Positions 36,962 to 49,600 of a stretch of DNA of 64,000 nucleotides are shown here, piece by piece. The notes beneath the pieces were generated by a model, which was given only the letters and a program-made list of their open reading frames with translations, made no database searches and had not been told where the DNA came from. The stretch comes from Harriotta raleighana (Eukaryota), in the NCBI GenBank assembly GCA_050575255.1, contig JBNZDD010013491.1:248001-312000 (forward strand), in the 5' to 3' direction. Position numbers and translations under genes: made by a program. Each line of letters starts with the position of its first letter. Position 1 is the stretch's first letter.

Positions 36962-37535
36962 ATAATAATCCTTGCTTTTGATACAGCGCCTTATCATTTC
37001 TTCGAGATGCCTCAAATATGCTTCAGAGATTGTACTGTAAAGTGAATTGACTGTTTATTTTGTTGGTGAAATATGGCACCCAATGGCACACAGCAGTGTC
37101 CCACAAACAGTCGTGCCCATTCCTTTTGTGTAAGAACAACAACAACTTGCATTTATATAACGCCTTTCATACATTGTGGAGTCCTGTAGCTCAGTGGTTA
37201 GAGCACTCATCTCACAAGCGCCTTTCGCCCATAAATAATAATAATAATCCTTGCATTTGATATAGCGCTTTTCATGTCTTCTAGAAGTCTCAAAGCACTT
37301 CATAGAATATACTCTAAAATGAATTGACTGTATGTTTCTGGACAAAATGCAGCAGCCAATTGCACGCAGCAGTGTCCCACAAACAGTCGTGGATTGAAAT
37401 GACCAATTTTATTATCTTTTTTGGAGGGAAATATACAGTCAATTCACTTTACAGTATATTGGTATTCTGTGAAGCGCTTTGAGATGTCTAGAAGATTTGA
37501 AGAGTGCTACGTCAAATGCAAGGATTATTATTATC
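36962..37535. mobile_element. Nest of four SINE pieces in alternating orientation
   Basis: ~36962-37115 (-), 37177-37230 (+, head), 37233-37420 (-), 37430-37535 (+). Confidence 0.8.
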
Positions 37536-40500
37536 ATTATATACAGGGTAGCACTGCTAGGTATCAAGTATCAGCAGGCTGTACAACCTATCCTAGTTAC
37601 GCCAACCATATCACGCAGATGTGTCCTCTTCTCTCCAGCAGAGGTCGCTGAGTATCCAGCCGTAAGAAGGAGCCTAATATGTGATGCATGACCATGTGCA
37701 AGAGAACAGAACTGTCCTAAGAGGGTTCAGTCAACAATTAGATGATTTTGCAGGTTTTTCTCTGCCACTCAAACAACAACTATTTTGTCAGTCACACAAA
37801 CAAAAAATAAAAATGACATTGCTTGTTCTTCATTGTCAAAAAACCCCCACCATCAATTTCCACCCCTTGTTCGGCCTGGCAGCATCAGGAAGTTCACTTC
37901 ACTGTAGTCTGCTGCACTCTAAACTAGGTCATTACTATTTCTGGCTGACAGCAGATGTATTTTTAATCGCACTCGTGACATTTTTATGAAGGCGAATGGC
38001 AATCAAATATTTTGAGAATCAGCTGGGGGTTGGCAGTCGAGAGTTTCAATTGGACTCACTATCGCTGGGGAAAATCATGCAGAATTCCTGCTTACAATCT
38101 TGTTTGAACTACATGTAGGTGAAGGATTGGAGAGGATGTGATTGGATTTTTCTATGATGGCATTTGGCCTGCTATGGAGTGACTAATTTCCTTCTCCATG
38201 ACACAATATTGCCTCCAACTGTACATGGCTTAATTATAGTTAATGATCCTTTATGTAACACCTTTATCTAATTGCTTGAATGAATGTATTTGAAATATCC
38301 TGAGGTTTTAGCCTCATTATGTTTGGGAATCGGGGATTATTCTCTCTAGAATTTACCCCCTGTGATTTCAGGGAGATGGTGGATTGAATCCTTTTAAAGT
38401 ATAGCTCTGTGTGATATGTGGAGAAGTGAACTCTGTGGGTCACATTGCTTTTCTCGGTCAATTTTTTCAATGCTATTAAATAACTGGAAAATGTAGGAGT
38501 ACAGTGATGAATAAACCTCCTCACTCCCAGCATTAATAGTAAATCCAACAAGAAAAATAACTGCTGAGCTGTGAAGGAAATTAGATACCCCTGGTTTACC
38601 TGGAGGGGAAAAGAGTTATTTATTTCAAAACTGCTTCCAAACCTCACTAATCAATTGTTCAGAAAAGAATCAACCTCTCAAGAAAGTCAGCACTCATTTT
38701 GGTCTCCTTCAGCCAGGCTACATAAATAAAACAGCAGAAAATGCCTCAAAGATGTACAGACTCAATTGAACCCGATTCACACAAATATCAGCCCACATGG
38801 CACCAGGAACAAAACTCAACTCAAGCAAAGGAATCACACAAATCACACAGATAAATTCATTCAGAACAAAACTACCAAGAGTCTCTTGACCAACAGAAAT
38901 GGTTTCTCCAGCTATTTATTCTGCTGACACGACGGTTACTGTGCAATGTTATTCGACGACAGCTCTATCTCTAAATTGACTCTTATATTTTATATTCTGG
39001 GTTGTTGACCTGGGTTTATTGTCATGCCACAGGAAAAAAAAAAGGGATCGACTTAATTTGATATATTTTGAATGTGATTACATTTGAATGGTAAGTTATA
39101 CAAAGTCAAGCACTTGAGTTCTCAGAGGGTGCAATATATCTTTCTCAGGGGGTCACACACCAAATCAATTAATTTAAACTTATGGTCAATTTAAACATCA
39201 TGCAAATTTTTTAAATCATTTCATTAATAATCATCTTATTCCTATGCTGCTCTAAGTATAGCATCAATAACAGTGAAAGAATATGGAAAACAATCAACAT
39301 TTATGGCAATGGGAAATGTCCTATCATACATCTTGCAGCTATTACTATTGATTGTTGTGTTAATGTACCTTTATTGATCGCTCTGTTAATAAATTTTAAA
39401 TCTAATTTTCTCTTTAAGTGGACAAGCAATGACTGTAAATATTTAGGACTTCTGTGATTCCCCAGAGATTCATAATCTGACAAATTTGTAGACTAGAAAG
39501 AGTGAAGATCCCTTTCAATGAGTTTCAGGACAGATGGGATATCTGGTAACTCTCCAAACATGCCAGCATGCCGAAATCACCCTTAAAGATCCTGACTGCC
39601 TCCTTCGTTGAGGTTTGGAAAAAAAACCTTCACCATTTTATCTGGAATTACAGCTTGCAATGTCTTACCTGTGAGAATGCACTCTCTTCGGAGGGAGAGC
39701 TAGATGTGTTTGCACTATTGGCCTTTCTGGATGAACAATTATCCAGAGAATAAACCAACTAGAAATCCACAGGTCAACAAATCAAAATCAATTCCAACAG
39801 AGACACTAATCTGTTACACTGTTGCTCTAATCCTTTTTTTCATATAAATTTCTCTCACATAACAGAACTGTTATTTTCCACAATATATATTTTGCAAATA
39901 TATATTTATATGTAAAATTCACCATATTTCACATAACACTTTGCCACTCCGTCAAATTAAAGTTGAAAGGCTTTGTGTGGTTATTATAGCACAGGAGTAG
40001 AAAGTTACAGGCAAGTACTAAGAATTAAAGAAGAATTGTGCTTATTCTTGCAGCTCCAACATTCAAACTAATGACACAAGCAAGATGGTCCACTAATCAG
40101 AATCAGTATAATAATCACATTTTTAGATAATCTCAAGATGTAAATGAGTAGCTATAGGTTAAATAAATGTGCACTGTTGTCTGAAATTTCCACTAAGAAG
40201 AAAACAGAGATTTAAGATGCACAGGGCAAAATAAAAGAATCTCAAAAAAGAACATATCTCTAATAAGAAATTTAAATTGATGATCACAGGAGCTGCAAAA
40301 TGTAGTGAGCAAATTATACAGTAAATAAAATTCACCAGGCAAAGCAATAGATATTCTAAGTACGCAAAGTTATTGAATGCAATTCTGAAGTGAAGCAAAT
40401 ATGGAAGCAATGTAGGTAAATACATATCAAATGTTGTGTCAAGGGTCATTTAACAACAATAAAAATCTCATTCAAACCAATCCTAAGGAGAATAGCAGAA

Positions 40501-42049
40501 TAGACAAGATTGTTAACAAGTTCCTTGCAATGCACTCAGCAAATCAGAAAGCCAAAATGGAAACAAGAACTGAATGAAAGTAAGCCTGTGTACAACAGAC
40601 AATGTTATGGTTATTCCCCAAGTCACACCATCTTCCGGGCCTTCTTCCCTAGGCAGCCCCTCAACTTCCTATAAGGAGTGCGCAATAAGGCCTCTTCACA
40701 TCTTCCCTCTCCATGATTTACTCTTCACACCAGTAAGGTATCTTGTCACCCACTCTCACTTAGAAACCAACAGCTCAGCATAGCTATTTCTCCACAACCC
40801 AACCTTCTTGTTTTACGTGAATACACTGCACTCAACACAAAATGGGATTTGGAGCACATTTTAATCCGATTCCACTGTCAATTTGTTTTCTTGTGTTATC
40901 TGTATTGCTCATCAAAGCACAAGGACTGCAAAATGATTCCTTTGCACCAAGTGTCTGAATGCCATTCAAGTGTCAGCCATCACCACCTGGCTCCAGAAAC
41001 TCAGCCTTAAGCGACTTCTGCTCCTCCCTCCAACGTGGTTGTGTTTCTATTTGTATTCAAATCGGCATTGATACACAGCAGATATGTCCAGATGACAATT
41101 ATCACCTCATAGAGCTTGTTAACCTGGGGTTAGAGCTTAGTTCTGAAAACAGTTTCTAATTAGTTTCATTCCAACCACCTGTTTTGGTGTCTGCCAGAGA
41201 CAGTCAGTCAGAAAGAGGAAAATATTGTGTTTTGGCACAAAAAAGACACAGATCACTCCAGGTCCATTTTACTTCATTATAATTTGGCTGGTGGAATTTT
41301 GACCCCCATTGTCTTTATGGCAAACAGAAGAGAAAGACTTTCATCCTCTATATCTCGATGTAAACACAGATCCCAAAGCTAATGCTGATAGTCCATTCTT
41401 GCATCGCTTGACTATTAATCTTTATTGACCATACTGTGATATTGATAAGTGACAAAGTACATAATTCGTAGCAAAGGACATAATACATAACTAAATCATT
41501 TGGATCCTTGGTCTGAACTTTATTCTCAAGTATTGATGTCAAATTAATATTCTTAACAAAACTAAAGTGTTATCTGTAGACAAAACAATTTAGCCATTGG
41601 ATTATCCAAGATTACAGTATTTTTATGAGTCAGAAAAACTGTGGTCACTGTGATCTTTGAAGTTTGAATACATTTGCTGCTGATAGTTCAACAATATAAG
41701 GCACAGATTTTATATTGAGTAAGAATAGGTTTAACTACTTATTTTCTTATTTATTAGTTCCCAAATACTGTAGATAACTTGTAGAGTAGAATTAATCTGA
41801 TGACTAAGTGAATTTTAGTGATCAACAGAGCAATTCATCTTGCTACATTACATTTGTTTTCTGACAGATAAATACTCACTTGAAACTATCAAAAAGTGAA
41901 CAATATAAAATTTATGAATAAGAACTACCATCTAGTTTGCCTAAACCACCTCTGGGAACTACTTTTTAGGTCCTATTTGCCAGCTCTGAAACTGGATCTT
42001 TCTCATGGTCTCCCAATTCCTCCTCCAGAATCTTGGATGTTCTGGGCAA

Positions 42050-42325
42050 TAATAATAAAAACCACCCTTACATTTGACATAGCGCTTTACACGTCTTCTA
42101 GACATCTCAAAGCGCTTCACAGAATACACTGTAAAGTGAATTGACTGTATATTTTGGGCGAAATGTGGCAGCCAACAAAGAGTAGACCAATTTTTTTTTG
42201 GTGAGGGATTACTATCAGGCATGTGGAAGAAGGAAACTTACCCATGGTTTTGCCCTGCCGGGAATTGAACCCAGGTCTCTTGCTTGAATGGTAAGTGCTC
42301 TAACCACCGTGCTACAGGACTCCAC
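42050..42325 (-). mobile_element. SINE with internal deletion
   Basis: Tail to head CTAACCACCGTGCTACAGGACTCC. Confidence 0.8.
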
Positions 42326-43329
42326 AGGCTTCTCTATAGTCAATGTCCATACTTCGATATATAATTGAATAAAAAGCACATTTCTCTAGAGAGCAAGGAC
42401 AGGCCCTTCATGTAAACAGAATATTTCACTGCAGCACAGCACAACACACAAGGAGAATTAAGCAAGTCTACTTTTATTTGGTCATGGTTTCCTCCTTCCC
42501 TGCTCAATTTTGTTTATAAAGATTGTTCCAGTAAAGGCTCCTCGGGTTTCAGCTGCTAATAGAAAATCAGTTCTTTATCCTCAGGGATTCAGTATTCCCA
42601 GCAGGGTCCAGTTATTCCTCTGGAGCAAATTTCCATTTAGACTGCATGGTGTTCACAGATTTACGTGGAGGAGGAAAAAAACAGTTTCTTTCTGTGATCT
42701 CTCTCTCACTGAACTATTCTCCAATATCAATTCTTCAATGTTTAAAAGGATCAAGTAGCAATAAATTAAACAACATTCTGACTGCAGAACATAATCAAGC
42801 TGACACTAGTATTTACCTGAGGGATCATCAATTTACAAGCTACTATTTTACACATGGCAGTGTGGCTCAGGCCAAACCATTTGCACTATCAGTCATTTGG
42901 TTCAGAATCAATACATGGTTTTAGTGGGCTGGACAGAAATTTCTGAAATGCAAACTGAGTAACAAATGTACCAGTTTTTAAAATTCAAGCATTTTTTCCC
43001 ACTGTGTGTCCTCTCATCTAGACCAATTCATATCAAAATGAAGTTTTGCAATGAATTTTCAGCAACAGCAGAGGACAATTCAGAACCCAAGCCATGGTCA
43101 GGCCTCTCCTATCCTTCCATGTCCAGTTTGAACTTGACACAAACAAACCCTATAACTTGCTTGAGCCCACCTTGAAATCCATACCCCACTCCCCTTCTGT
43201 CTAGTTTTTTGTCCAACCCCACCATTGAGACTCTGTCCTGTGTGAAGGGCACCACTTAAATGCAATTTGCTGTTGTTGTTGTACACTGCAGTATAGATGC
43301 ATGCATTATGAATCAATTTTTTAAAAAAG

Positions 43330-43505
43330 TTGGTCACTCAAACTATGACTGTTTGTGGGACACTGCTGTGCGCAATTGGCTGCTGTGTTTCGCCCACCCA
43401 ATATACATTCAATTCACTTTAGAGAATATTCCGTGGAACGCTTTGAGATGTCTCAAAGTCTTAATAAGTCTTTATATCAAATGCAAAGTTTATCATTATT
43501 ATTAA
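43330..43505 (+). mobile_element. SINE 3' half
   Basis: GACTGTTTGTGGGACACTGCTGTGCGCAATTGGCTG...ATCAAATGCAA. Confidence 0.75.
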
Positions 43506-46500
43506 TTAGATTTTACTCAAATATGGTCCCTTTAAAGGCCTTGGATAGACAAATAGACTACATTTACTCCGTTTTCAATTTCTGTTAGCTCTGAAACGTT
43601 GTTATAATCTGCTATATTTATTTTGAAAGAAGAGATCTGAGGATCTATTGGGAAATTAAATAAACTCTTGCTTTATATTTTGACCCTCTGTGTATTTTAT
43701 ACTATCGTTGTGGATCAGATTACAAACTGCAAGGTTTTATAATCAGATAAAGTAAGAATAAAACTTTTACCTCATTTCACAAGGTATCTTTATTGCATTT
43801 GGCAAATGCAAGTGCCAACTCATACAGATTGGGAATTTCAGATTAACCTTAGATGACGTTTTAGAAATCAAACCAAAAAGTTAGAACTCTAAAGTCTGAA
43901 GCTTTGTAACAAAACAGCGTCTCAATGAAATCGAAATAAATATTTGAATAAAAATGAATAATACCACAAATAATTTTGCGCTTGACGAGGCAAAATAAAT
44001 GCAGTTATATCTTATTTAATGGACACATCAATTGAGATATTGAGTCCATAATAAAAATTTGTACCAGGATTAAAATAGACTCATTAGGATATCAATGCCT
44101 CAGCAGATTCATCCATTTTCATTCAGTATTTCATAAATCTTCAACTACCGATCAGAAAGATTAATTTTCTCATTCTAGCTCAACGGAGGAAAATTGCATC
44201 AGAGTCATGCACAATCCTTTTATTTAGCAATCAAAAGGTGTAAATTGGCCCCACAAAACTCCAAAATCAGGCATCCCAGTATCTGCACTTTAACCTCGGA
44301 TCTCAGAAATGCAGAGCACGGAAAGCCGGTCTTTCACTCCAGTGAGTCACAAACGAAAAAGAACCAGACTCGAATTAGCAATTTCATACAAGACAAGTTC
44401 GCAATGTTATTCTAGGGAGCGTGGGAGTTGTTCTTCTGGAGGAGAGATTTTAGAAAGGAGCGCTGCTGGCATAGATTTGGGAATTGGTCGCAAGCTTGGA
44501 CTATCAGTCAGGAATGCCGGCTGTCGTCTGGGAAAAGTAAAGATAGGGAATTAAACTGCTAATTAAATGATGTTAAGAAAGATGTTCAACTTGGTCTCTG
44601 GTCTAAGTGCTTATGGCTACATAAATAAATAAATGTCATTGACTTTGGATCCTCTTATCCAAGAGGATTTATTCAACTCTTGACTCTGTGCTGTTAAACA
44701 TGCATTATCTTCTATTCATAGAGTTATAAAATGTGAAAAGTACAGGAGGGAGCTTTTCAGCCACCTTTTCAGTGCTGGTGCTCACTCACCCACAATTGCT
44801 TCGAGACAGATTATCAACAAAAATCAGACCTCGCAATAAATTAAAATTGCAGCAATAAAAACATTCATGCATGTGCAAACTGTCAGATATGAACATATTT
44901 GTCAAAATATTTAATCAAAGCATTTAGCAAGGGGTATTGCTTTTGAAAAGCCATTGTTAAATGTGATGCAGTTGAGCACAGATAACTGCATATCTGATCC
45001 TAGCACGGAATTTCAATGTACCAAGTCATTGTGTTGAATTCCCAATTTAGACAGAATCAATTAAATGTATAATCCCATTTAGATCATAAAATGTTCTGAT
45101 ATCAGGATAAGAGCATGAAATCTCCCAACAATGATTACTCCTCCCCTACACTTAGGCCTTTACAATCAAGATGAGATTTTTTTTTATTTCCAGTGAGAAT
45201 ATGGAACTTTGAAACGGAGCCAAATTTATGTGCTCAAACCGAAGAAATAAATTCATTTGCTCATAAGATCCAGTTTTTCCTCACAAAATATACAGGCAAT
45301 TCACTTTACAGTATATACTGTAGAGCACTTTAAGGTGACTCAAACAAAGACATGATATTGCAAGGATTATTATTATTGTTAATCCAGTTTCCTTGGAATT
45401 AGATGATTGCAAATAAAATTAAAACCTGCTCAATCGATCTATCGTCATACTGTATTTTCATCCATGCTAAAAGTTCCTTTGTTATTTATTTCTGTTTTTT
45501 CAGTACAATCAATTTACAGCACACATGAAAGACTTTTTTTACTCACACAATACTGTACTAGCCTTTTTCCCCAATTAAGATACAGCATGAGTGCTGAAGC
45601 CACAAACAAACCAGGTTTATCTAACTGAAGTAGCTGATCTCAATCATGCACATTTGTGAGGGCACTACACTGCTACATAACATGCCTCAGTGCTCCATGT
45701 TATGAAGTGGTGTTGGCTGTACTTTATCATTATTGAGTGATTCCCTTCCTCTGGAAAAGCATGTATGTGGACATTGGCTAAAGGCAAGGTAAAGTTTGGA
45801 AGTGATTCCATTGCTCAAATAACTTGGATCACCCATAATGAATGCCACCTGTGTTAGACATCAGAGGGTTATTGATGCCATGGAACTATATTGTAGTATA
45901 CAGTAATTCACTATCCAAAGGGAAGGAGTGGAGAAAATTGACTATTTTCACGTATATACCACAGAATAAAATGCATTGAATCTATCAATTGTGCTGTATG
46001 TCAGCTCAGTGCTACATTTCAAGATTTGACTTATTATTGCTCTTGTATGAAAATAGGAAATCGGACTGAAACAGGAATCTGAAAATTTAAAGACAAAGTT
46101 TCCTTCCCTGAAATCAGTCTCTTGCATAGTTTTCCTATCTATTGCCAACGAGCAGCTGGCTGGCAGGGTAGAGAAGCAGAACCTGTAAACTTTTTGACAG
46201 CTATGATGGAGTTCTGCTCTGGGGGTAAACCAACAGGACATACATTTGCCTGAGGTACACAGGGATAAATCGGAATCCTGGTAATGTACTTTTGCCATTG
46301 AACATTAAAGAAAATCTCTTTTCTCTTTAGAAACAATCCATGGGAGGTTGTCTGATGAAGGTTCATAATGCAGTACCCTTTATTCCTAATAGTGTGTGGT
46401 ATAAAGTAATGTAATGTGATTTAAATCACTGTTCACATTGTAGATATATTCCCTTTATTATTAAAACACAGCACACACGCAATGGCACAGAATAGATATA

Positions 46501-46569
46501 AGCCTCATACAAAAAGTGGAGATTTATGTGGATAAAAGTCTTCAGTAGCTGTGTTCAGTAGCTTTATAT

Positions 46570-46620
46570 TCATTTTTTCTGAAAAACCTGATAGCACAAT
46601 TGGTCTTCACACGTTATCTC
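46570..46620 (-). CDS. RBP2: RBP2 exon 4
   Basis: ttgcag| [16 protein letters not shown]; AATAAA follows at 46459-46454. Confidence 0.93.
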   Translation of the reverse strand, partial: EITCEDQLCYQVFQKK

Positions 46621-49600
46621 CTGCAAGAGTAAAACATAACCATCAACATAACAGAAAAAATACTCAGTTACATCAGTAACAATAAATAACACATGCGCAC
46701 AGCTGGGCCTGAGTGCAATGCCTCCAGTGGTTGAACAGTAACTTTGGGTGAGACATCAAAGGACTGTTAGTTACCATGTGTGAAAATATCGACACATTAC
46801 CACATTAAAAAGAAGAGAGGTAAGAGAGAAATAAGGGAAGGTTGCAAGAAAAAACAAGTGAGATGGGAAAGTGTACAATTTAGATTTACTATTTTGCCAG
46901 CGAAATGTTGTTCTCATTGTGCTAAAGTGAAATGTGTGTACTGGGGAACACTTTTCCACTTGTCAGCACAGGCAGTATAGGGGCAGAGTAGATCTCTCTC
47001 CACTCTACACACATTTTTGAAATACCACTTACTCCTCCACCAAAGTGAATCATTCCATTTCCTGTACCTATCATTCTTATTACTGAATTGTGAAGAGGGT
47101 CAGGAGCCTTGTTCTATAATTCACTCCTCTAGCCTGCTTTTCCACTAGTAACTTTTGCTACTAATAGATCAAATAGATAGAAACTTAATCCAGCAATTGG
47201 ATCATGTATAAATACTTGCATAATAATAAATTGGTTGTTTCAATCCTCGACTGTTTGTGGGACACTGTTGTGTGCAATTGTCAGTCATGTTTCACCCAAA
47301 TGCATACAATCAATTTACTTTACAGTATATTCTGTGAAGCGCTTTGAGACGTCTAGAAGACGTGAAAAGCGCTATATCAAATGCAAGTATTGTTATTATC
47401 TGCTAAACATCAGTGCCTCCAACAAAGGATATATCCTTGTATTGTTCTCAATGAGGAGGGATAACTATAGGATATCAGAAGACCTATGCAATCTTATGAT
47501 GGCAGAGGGAGCAAAGAACTAATTTAGTTACTATTAATGCTTAAGTTACTACTAATGCTCTTTAAGTAGCATAACTACCTTATCATGGCATGCAGATGCA
47601 TTTACCATAGATAGAAAATAGAGCATAATAAGATCAACTCACCTCAAATTAAATATTCAGTTACAGGAACTGCATTGGTAATTTGTTCTGTTTAACATTA
47701 TAATTTTCCTGGGGAAAGCATTCGTTCTGAGCACTCAATTAAATAATATTTCATCAAATGCGTTTCTGGCAGAACTTAAATGAGAGGGCCTATTCCTATT
47801 CTGTGCAAAGTTTCTCACCAAATGAAGTTTATCCCCTTCGATCCACTGCTTCCAGCCTCTGTTGGCCTTCTCACCCTTCTGAACGCAGACAAGCTTATCA
47901 CCATCCCATTTTACCAGGGTCTGCAGGTAGAAAAAATTAATAACCTGAATTCCAAAACAGAATCCTAAATTCAGTTGATAATTACTAATGCAATTTACTT
48001 CAAGTGGCAAAGCATTATCATCCAGCTTTAAACAGTGATAGTTCTTTAATTGCTTCACAAACCTGCAACTAGTCTGCAATAAAGAAAATTTGCCAGTGTA
48101 GAGGCACAATTGATAAATGAGTCACAGAGGTAGTCTTCCTTACTTAAGCCCTTGCTGCAGATGAAATTATTTTATAGAGTGTATTTTATAGGCTAATTTA
48201 TGCTCTGAGGTGAAATTCCACAGGTTAGTAAAAGTTTCACATCATAAACACATGGCATGAAGCTTCGAAATTAATAAAAGTAAACCATCCACTTTTGTAA
48301 TACGATTTGAAAACAATTTATTTAATACTGTACAGGTATATACTGTACCTTGACTATTCTATTATCCAGACCCTTTGTGGTCTCCTCAAATTCTTCACCG
48401 ATAGTGAAATCTACCAAATAGTTTCTAAAGGTGCTCAGGGTCTTAGTGTAAAACTTGTCTCCTTCCTGCTTGATTTCCTTTGTCTGTGACAGATTTGCAG
48501 CAATCTTCCTGGTGGCAAAATCTATATCTGCAATGGAGAGAAAAGAGAATTCTGGATGAAAGAATGGAGGATAATTTTTCTTTACTTAAACTCATTAAAC
48601 TGTTATATTATCGGGATGAATCATTTATGGCAGTCTTAATCTCAATGCAGCAAAATGCAGTACTGAATATGGATATGAATGGGACTTTAAGCCTTTGATT
48701 TTAGGGGTAGGCCCAGTTCAGTGATTTGCACTCTTGCTTCTGAACCATTGTGGGTTCAAGCCCCACATCAAACTTTAACACTAACATTCTAACGTGCTGT
48801 TGGAGAGCACTGCACTGTTTGAGGTGCCATCCTTATACAACTAATAATAATCCTTGCATATGATATAGCGCTTTTCATCTCTTCTGGACTTCTCAAAGCC
48901 CTTCACAGAATATACTGTAAAGTGAATTGACTGTATTTGTGGGTGAAAGGATAAGGATCCTTCTGATAAGACATTAAACCGAGGTTCAGATGAATGTGTC
49001 TCACTGAAGACTAGCAACAGAAGATGTCAGGCAGTGGGCAATAACGACAATTTTTGCATTCACAGATAAATCCAATTACGTTTTTGTCATCTAGTCGTAG
49101 AGTACAATAAATAACATTTTGCAGAATTGCAATATAATCCAAAGGATTTGTCATTACCAATTGATTTTACTGATGTTCTTGAGATCACAGGATCATCAGT
49201 ACACTGTGCTGAAGTACAGTCTCACAACAGTAACCAATGTGTCTCATAAAATAAAGTTTGCTGTTATCTTGAAATACTGAAATGCTATATTCCCTGGAGT
49301 TAGAAGAACATTTTAAAAGTATTAGCTCCAACCAGAATCAATTTCTCAATACGATTTTAATTATATAGTATAAGCAATAATGGATACCCGGAATGATTAA
49401 AAGACAGGTCCCCAATTGAGAAGTTCAAATGATGTTGTAATTCACAAGAGTGAACTTTGTCCGGCATAAAAACATACCCCAAAATTAGATTAGCCATCAA
49501 ATGACTCCAAAAAGTCTACTTGTTTCTATATTGAATGGGTTTATTCTGTTCTGAATCCATTTTATGTCAGCATTTCTTGTATCGTTAATATGTGATAGCA

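Noticed and set aside
32400-46400. Additional gene or third RBP paralogue between COPB2 and RBP2 (e.g. ORF 34727-35197)
   Set aside because: No recognisable protein motif or chain of spliceable exons; ORFs are short, AT-rich or SINE-derived. A non-coding transcript cannot be excluded.
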